Positions 60,846 through 64,000 of a DNA stretch of 64,000 nt are shown here, one piece after another. Below the pieces are notes generated by a model. The model was not told the DNA's origin and ran no database searches. It saw nothing but the letters and a program-made list of their open reading frames with translations. The DNA is from Veleropilina oligotropha. Lineage: Eukaryota. The translations under genes and the position numbers were made by a program. Location: NCBI GenBank assembly GCA_048128005.1, contig JBEUKZ010000070.1:248001-312000 (forward strand). The letters are read 5' to 3'. Position 1 is the stretch's first letter. Each line of letters starts with the position of its first letter.

Positions 60846-62838
60846 TCCGTTTGTGACTTTGTTTTTCAAATCACCCGTGACCGTATTTAACGACGTCGAA
60901 GTAAACATATTTCACGCAGCGATGTCTATGCGCTTCTTGACGTGTGATTTTACGTGCTTTAATTTTCTATACGTGTGATTTTAATTGAATTCATCGATGT
61001 GTATAGTTTCTGTTTTGACCCAGTATAATAATAACCCACAAGTTACGAATGGCATGACGTTATTCATAATGAGGTGCTTGATGATAGTTGGAAAGTGCAT
61101 ACACAAGATTTTAACAATAAAGAAAATGAAAATAAAAATATTAACCCTCTGCATCTCCTTTGATATATTCAAAATACTACAGGATAAACGTACGTACCAA
61201 ACTGCATCTCTTGGAAAATACCACACTCATCGCCGCTGAAACAAATGTTATTTTATCGCGAAACGTTTATCATTGCTCTAAATGACGTCATGTAGAGTTT
61301 GATAATTAACCCTGTCACTCTCGACGTCATTATGTTAGCAAGCGCGTCGCCTGCTGAAGGATGTCTAATTTTTGTTTTGTATTGTTTCTGTGATAGACCA
61401 TCATCCGTTTTGGGCAATTCCTTGATTCACGCAATATGCATTGTGTGCAAGACAATCATTCCCGAGCGTTTCGTATATCCAGTTTAATTTGCATTTATAA
61501 TACTCCGCAAGTTCAACTGACGTCCGTTATCCATACACTTAGTAACAGTTGAACATTGAATTGCATAAAGCACGTTTAAATAAAATGAAAAAGGTTATCC
61601 TGCAGCGCACCGTTTGTTGCGGAGTAAAGGCGGGCGCCCATCAACGAATTTTGATCCCCGGATAATTTTAATTAGGCGGTGCAAGATATAATTCATACCC
61701 TAGGGTCAATATTCAACGTAGAAAAGTTGCCTCAATTATGGAAAAGTTATCCTACCTATAGGAGTGCTTTTCGACGACTAGGGGGTAATTTGCAATCGAT
61801 ATTACTTACTGCATGCACATGATACATCAAATGATGTGTGCTATGTTACGGTAGGAGCCAGAATTGTAGAAATTGCCCTGGACGTCAATGTTTATGGTCG
61901 CAATGGCCATGATGGATTTGCTTCACTATTACGAAAAAAATTATGTTCGACATAATTTCGATACAAGAATTGATAATTTCATATATCTTTATTTAAAATA
62001 ATGGTTTTGTGATGTATTTAGAAACGTTTTTGAGATAATCTCAATATTGTCACCGCAACTTTTCTTGAACATTCCTATCTTTAAATTCTTCTTTCGGTTG
62101 CTCCCTACCAGAGATCTTCTTTCGGTTGCTCCCTACCAGAGATCTTCTTCTTTCGGTTGCTCCCTACCAGAGATCTTCACAGGGAATGTTGTCTTGTGCG
62201 TCTTCTCGTTCTCGTTCCAGCTCCATCGCCGTCATGATGGCATTGCCGTTATCACACGATCTCATCTATGGCACCCCCTCTCATCTTGTGTCTGATAGTT
62301 TTAACTCCATCATTTTCCTTCCAACATATTCCTCGTCCCTCCTCTCCCCATGACTTAACCATCCCAATCTAGCCTCGCGCAACTCGGACAACAATGGTAC
62401 TTTTCGCCTTTTTGTTACCAATCATGTCATATTTTGTTACCATCAATGACCAGCGTAGCATGCTCATCACAACAGCTGTTCATTTTATTTTAAATATTTT
62501 TTAAAGAATCTTTTTGAAGGTTTCTTTTCCATATTGTACTTCGGATCCTTGTTAGTTTAATAATCATTTTGTACACTTTGCCCTTCACTTTCACAGGTAC
62601 TCGCTTGTTGCATAATATGCCACAAAATTTTGTCAAATTGTTTCATCCAGCCTATTTCATCATTTTCATCCAGCTAGTATCATCATTTTCATTTCCCTGC
62701 CACTCCTACAATCAGGTTTTAACATCGAACCAACACTCGTCATCAATGATTGTAATCGGTGGTAACCAAGCCTTCTCGTTCGTGGACTATGTCTTGTATC
62801 AACTAAATGTCAAACCCCATCCCTCACCTTCATACCAG

Positions 62839-63264
62839 GGCATGCCCATATTATCGCGGGAGAGACGGCATGCCCATATTATCGCGGGAGAGACGGCATG
62901 CCCATATTATCGCGGGAGAGACGGCATGCCCATATTATCGCGGGAGAAACGGCATGCCAATATTATCGCGGGAGAAACGGCATGCCCATATTATCGCGGG
63001 AGAGACGGCATGCCCACATTATCGCGGGAGAGACGGCATACCCATATTATCGCGGGAGAGACGGCATGCCCATATTATCGCGGGAGAGACGGCATGCCCA
63101 TATTATCGCGGGAGAGACGGCATGCCCATATTATCGCGGGAGAGACGGCATGCCCATATTATCGCGGGAGAGACGGCATGCCCATATTATCGCGGGAGAG
63201 ACGGCATGCCCATATTATCGCGGGAGAGACGGCATGCCCATATTATCGCGGGAGAGACGGCATG
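62839..63264. repeat. 28-bp minisatellite (catgcccatattatcgcgggagagacgg), ~15 copies
   Basis: Direct observation. Confidence 0.95.
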
Positions 63265-64000
63265 GCATCTGTAAAAGCGCATCATCACCGTAGAGTTATG
63301 GAAATCTGTGACGGTAACGGAACTGATAATCACACGTCCACCTTGGCCACGTCACTGGTAATCAGACATCTATCTTGTCACTGGCAATACCACATATTGC
63401 ACAATCAGACACTAGATACAGTACAATGACTTATCCCTGTTTAGACCTCGAGTGTCGACTCTGAAATCACTACCTCGATTGCGCTAACTAAAGAGAGTGG
63501 GTTCGAATCTCGGTTGGGGTAATGGCATTATTTGTTCAGTTATCAATCACAGATGGTCGTAACTTTGGAGGCAGCCGTCTACGTTACAAGATGGCCACCC
63601 CCCTCAGAGGATACATCCAACACAAATTTCACATAAAATCTTAAATACATTGCTTATTGTTTAGTAGATACGGAACGGTGCTCTACATGCCACCACTTGT
63701 ACAAGCATGCTGGACCCATATGGGTGATAGAGCAGAATTTATTACAGCAATAAACAACAGTTAATTAAGACATACCTCTGCAGTCATGGCAGAGTGAAGT
63801 TTTATTGGACTCAATTTTAAATCTTGATTACGCGTGATCCATTTTATCCTGATATAGCCTACTTATTGCGGTATTATGTGCAGTGCATGGATTGAACAAA
63901 ATAGGTCGGCATCATTACCCAGTGTCCTCTTAAAATGATTCGAGACAAAACAAATTTGCGACGTGTCATCAATATTATAAATACAGTACTGAAATAGTAC

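Noticed and set aside
62569..63429. 286-aa and overlapping ORFs
   Set aside because: Produced by a 28-bp minisatellite next to antisense LINE debris

Overview
Eukaryotic, AT-rich animal genomic DNA, probably a mollusc or other lophotrochozoan (inferred from a 5S rRNA relic and Helentron-like HINE repeats). It carries three spliced host genes reconstructed by hand: COA6 (+), DTD2 (-, 3 exons) and COA4 (+, head-to-head with DTD2). The main feature is a complete 13.7-kb endogenous Polinton/Maverick-like DNA virus (25024-38723; ~270-bp TIRs, AGCAGC...GCTGCT ends) inside the 21-kb COA4 intron. The right end of a second, diverged element of the same family lies at 1-2823. The virus encodes an intact RVE integrase plus decayed major capsid, penton and A32 ATPase genes. 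Its replicase has an unusual layout: a variable N-terminus, an OTU-like protease, a protein-primed PolB with no recognisable exonuclease, an SF1 helicase and an HNH domain. It also carries a frameshifted secreted Cys-rich cargo gene, and no adenain-type maturation protease was recognised. The rest is nested transposon debris (Gypsy, LINEs, Tc1, MITEs, HINEs) and minisatellites, two of them made from host splice sites. All family calls come from motif recognition by eye; no searches were run.
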